Source: Escherichia coli (GTDB taxonomy: Bacteria; Pseudomonadota; Gammaproteobacteria; Enterobacterales; Enterobacteriaceae). Taken from it: a stretch of 459 bases of DNA. A program made the translations under genes and the position numbers. The stretch is taken from NCBI RefSeq assembly GCF_003334315.1, contig NZ_QOWR01000133.1, one strand, 5' to 3'. How positions within the stretch are numbered: position 1 is the first letter of the stretch; the number at the start of each line of letters is the position of its first letter. Positions 1 to 459 of this stretch are shown here, piece after piece. The notes beneath the pieces were generated by a model, which made no database searches, had not been told where the DNA came from, and worked only from the letters and a program-made list of their open reading frames with translations.

Positions 1-459
1 TCTACTGTTGACTATTTGTGCCGTTATTTCTGGTGCAGAAGGCTGGGAAGATATAGAGGATTTTGGGGAAACACATCTCGATTTTTTAAAACAATATGGT
101 GATTTTGAAAATGGTATTCCTGTTCACGATACCATCGCCAGAGTTGTATCCTGTATCAGTCCTTCAAAATTTCACGAGTGCTTTATTAACTGGATGCGAG
201 ATTGCCATACTTCAGATGATAAAGACGTCATCGCAATTGATGGAAAAACACTCCGGCATTCTTATGACAAGAGTCGCCGCAAGGGAGCGATTCATGTCAT
301 TAGTGCGTTCTCAACAATGCACAGTCTGGTCATCGGACAGATCAGGACGGATGAGAAATCCAATGAGATTACAGCTATCCCTGAACTTCTTAACATGCTG
401 GATATTAAAGGAAAAATCATCACAACTGATGCGATGGGTTGCCAGAAAGATATTGCAGA
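1..459 (+). CDS. ISAs1-family (H-repeat-associated) DDE transposase, internal fragment; 5' and 3' ends lie outside the window. Reading frame 2: first complete codon at nt 2-4, last complete codon at nt 455-457.
   Basis: Seen in sequence: frame 2 is open for all 152 codons, whereas + frame 1 hits TGA at nt 100-102 and + frame 3 hits TGA at nt 9-11. The translation contains motifs I recognise from H-repeat/ISAs1 transposases: [27 protein letters not shown] and [11 protein letters not shown] in the N-terminal transposase-associated region, IAIDGKTLR (first catalytic Asp, codon nt 239-241) and ITTDAMGCQ (second catalytic Asp, codon nt 428-430). Spacing between the two Asp residues is 63 aa, consistent with DDE_Tnp_1-type (IS4-like fold) transposases. 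Recognition is from memory of the E. coli H-repeat proteins (YhhI-like); no database search was run. Gene symbol left blank because several near-identical paralogs exist and the copy cannot be assigned from 152 aa. Confidence 0.93.
1..459 (+). mobile_element. Interior of an ISAs1-family insertion sequence (H-repeat / ISEc1-like element); the element termini and terminal inverted repeats are not in the window.
   Basis: Inference from the CDS call: ISAs1-family elements are about 1.2-1.3 kb and consist essentially of a single transposase ORF, so a window wholly inside the ORF is wholly inside the element. Window GC is 189/459 = 41.2% (counted by hand), below the roughly 50% typical of E. coli-like chromosomes, consistent with a horizontally acquired element. 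Confidence 0.85.

Noticed and set aside
81-92. AT-rich tract 'attttttaaaac' that superficially resembles a promoter UP element or a T-run terminator tail
   Set aside because: It lies inside the continuous transposase ORF (codons for D-F-L-K), has no preceding GC-rich hairpin and no adjacent -35/-10 pair with credible spacing. It is best explained by codon content of a low-GC gene.
1-102. Open reading frame in + frame 1 running from the window start
   Set aside because: It terminates at TGA nt 100-102 after 33 codons and its translation ([33 protein letters not shown]) has no recognisable features. It is an out-of-frame shadow of the frame-2 transposase ORF.
194-196. Internal ATG codons (nt 194-196, 317-319, 395-397, 434-436) as possible alternative translation starts
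   Set aside because: All are in-frame Met codons in the middle of conserved transposase sequence with no upstream Shine-Dalgarno-like motif. The homologous proteins begin well upstream of this window.
1-459. Possibility that the window encodes a novel defence or toxin system, as the task framing suggests
   Set aside because: Every base is explained by a single well-known IS transposase ORF with recognisable catalytic motifs. No additional ORF, repeat array or structured RNA is present, so there is no sequence evidence for such a system within the window.
1-459. Direct or inverted repeats, CRISPR-like periodicity, or tRNA/ncRNA structure
   Set aside because: Reading through the window, I found no repeated unit of 20 nt or more, no regular spacer-repeat periodicity and no cloverleaf-compatible stem pattern. 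The short recurring motifs (e.g. gat/att runs) reflect the Asp/Ile-rich protein sequence.

Overview
The whole 459-bp window is an internal fragment of one protein-coding gene on the + strand (frame 2, nt 2-457, 152 sense codons, no stop), cut off by the window at both ends. The translation reads [152 protein letters not shown] recognise this as an ISAs1-family (H-repeat-associated, 'H-rpt') DDE transposase of the kind found in Enterobacteriaceae, for example the E. coli YhhI/YdcC/YbfD paralogs. The fragment covers the N-terminal transposase-associated domain and the first two thirds of the DDE catalytic core. No start codon, stop codon, inverted repeat, promoter, RNA gene or CRISPR repeat lies within the window. 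I see no evidence of a novel system here: this is a well-known insertion-sequence transposase. The interesting questions concern whether the copy is intact and what it sits next to, and both lie outside what this window shows.
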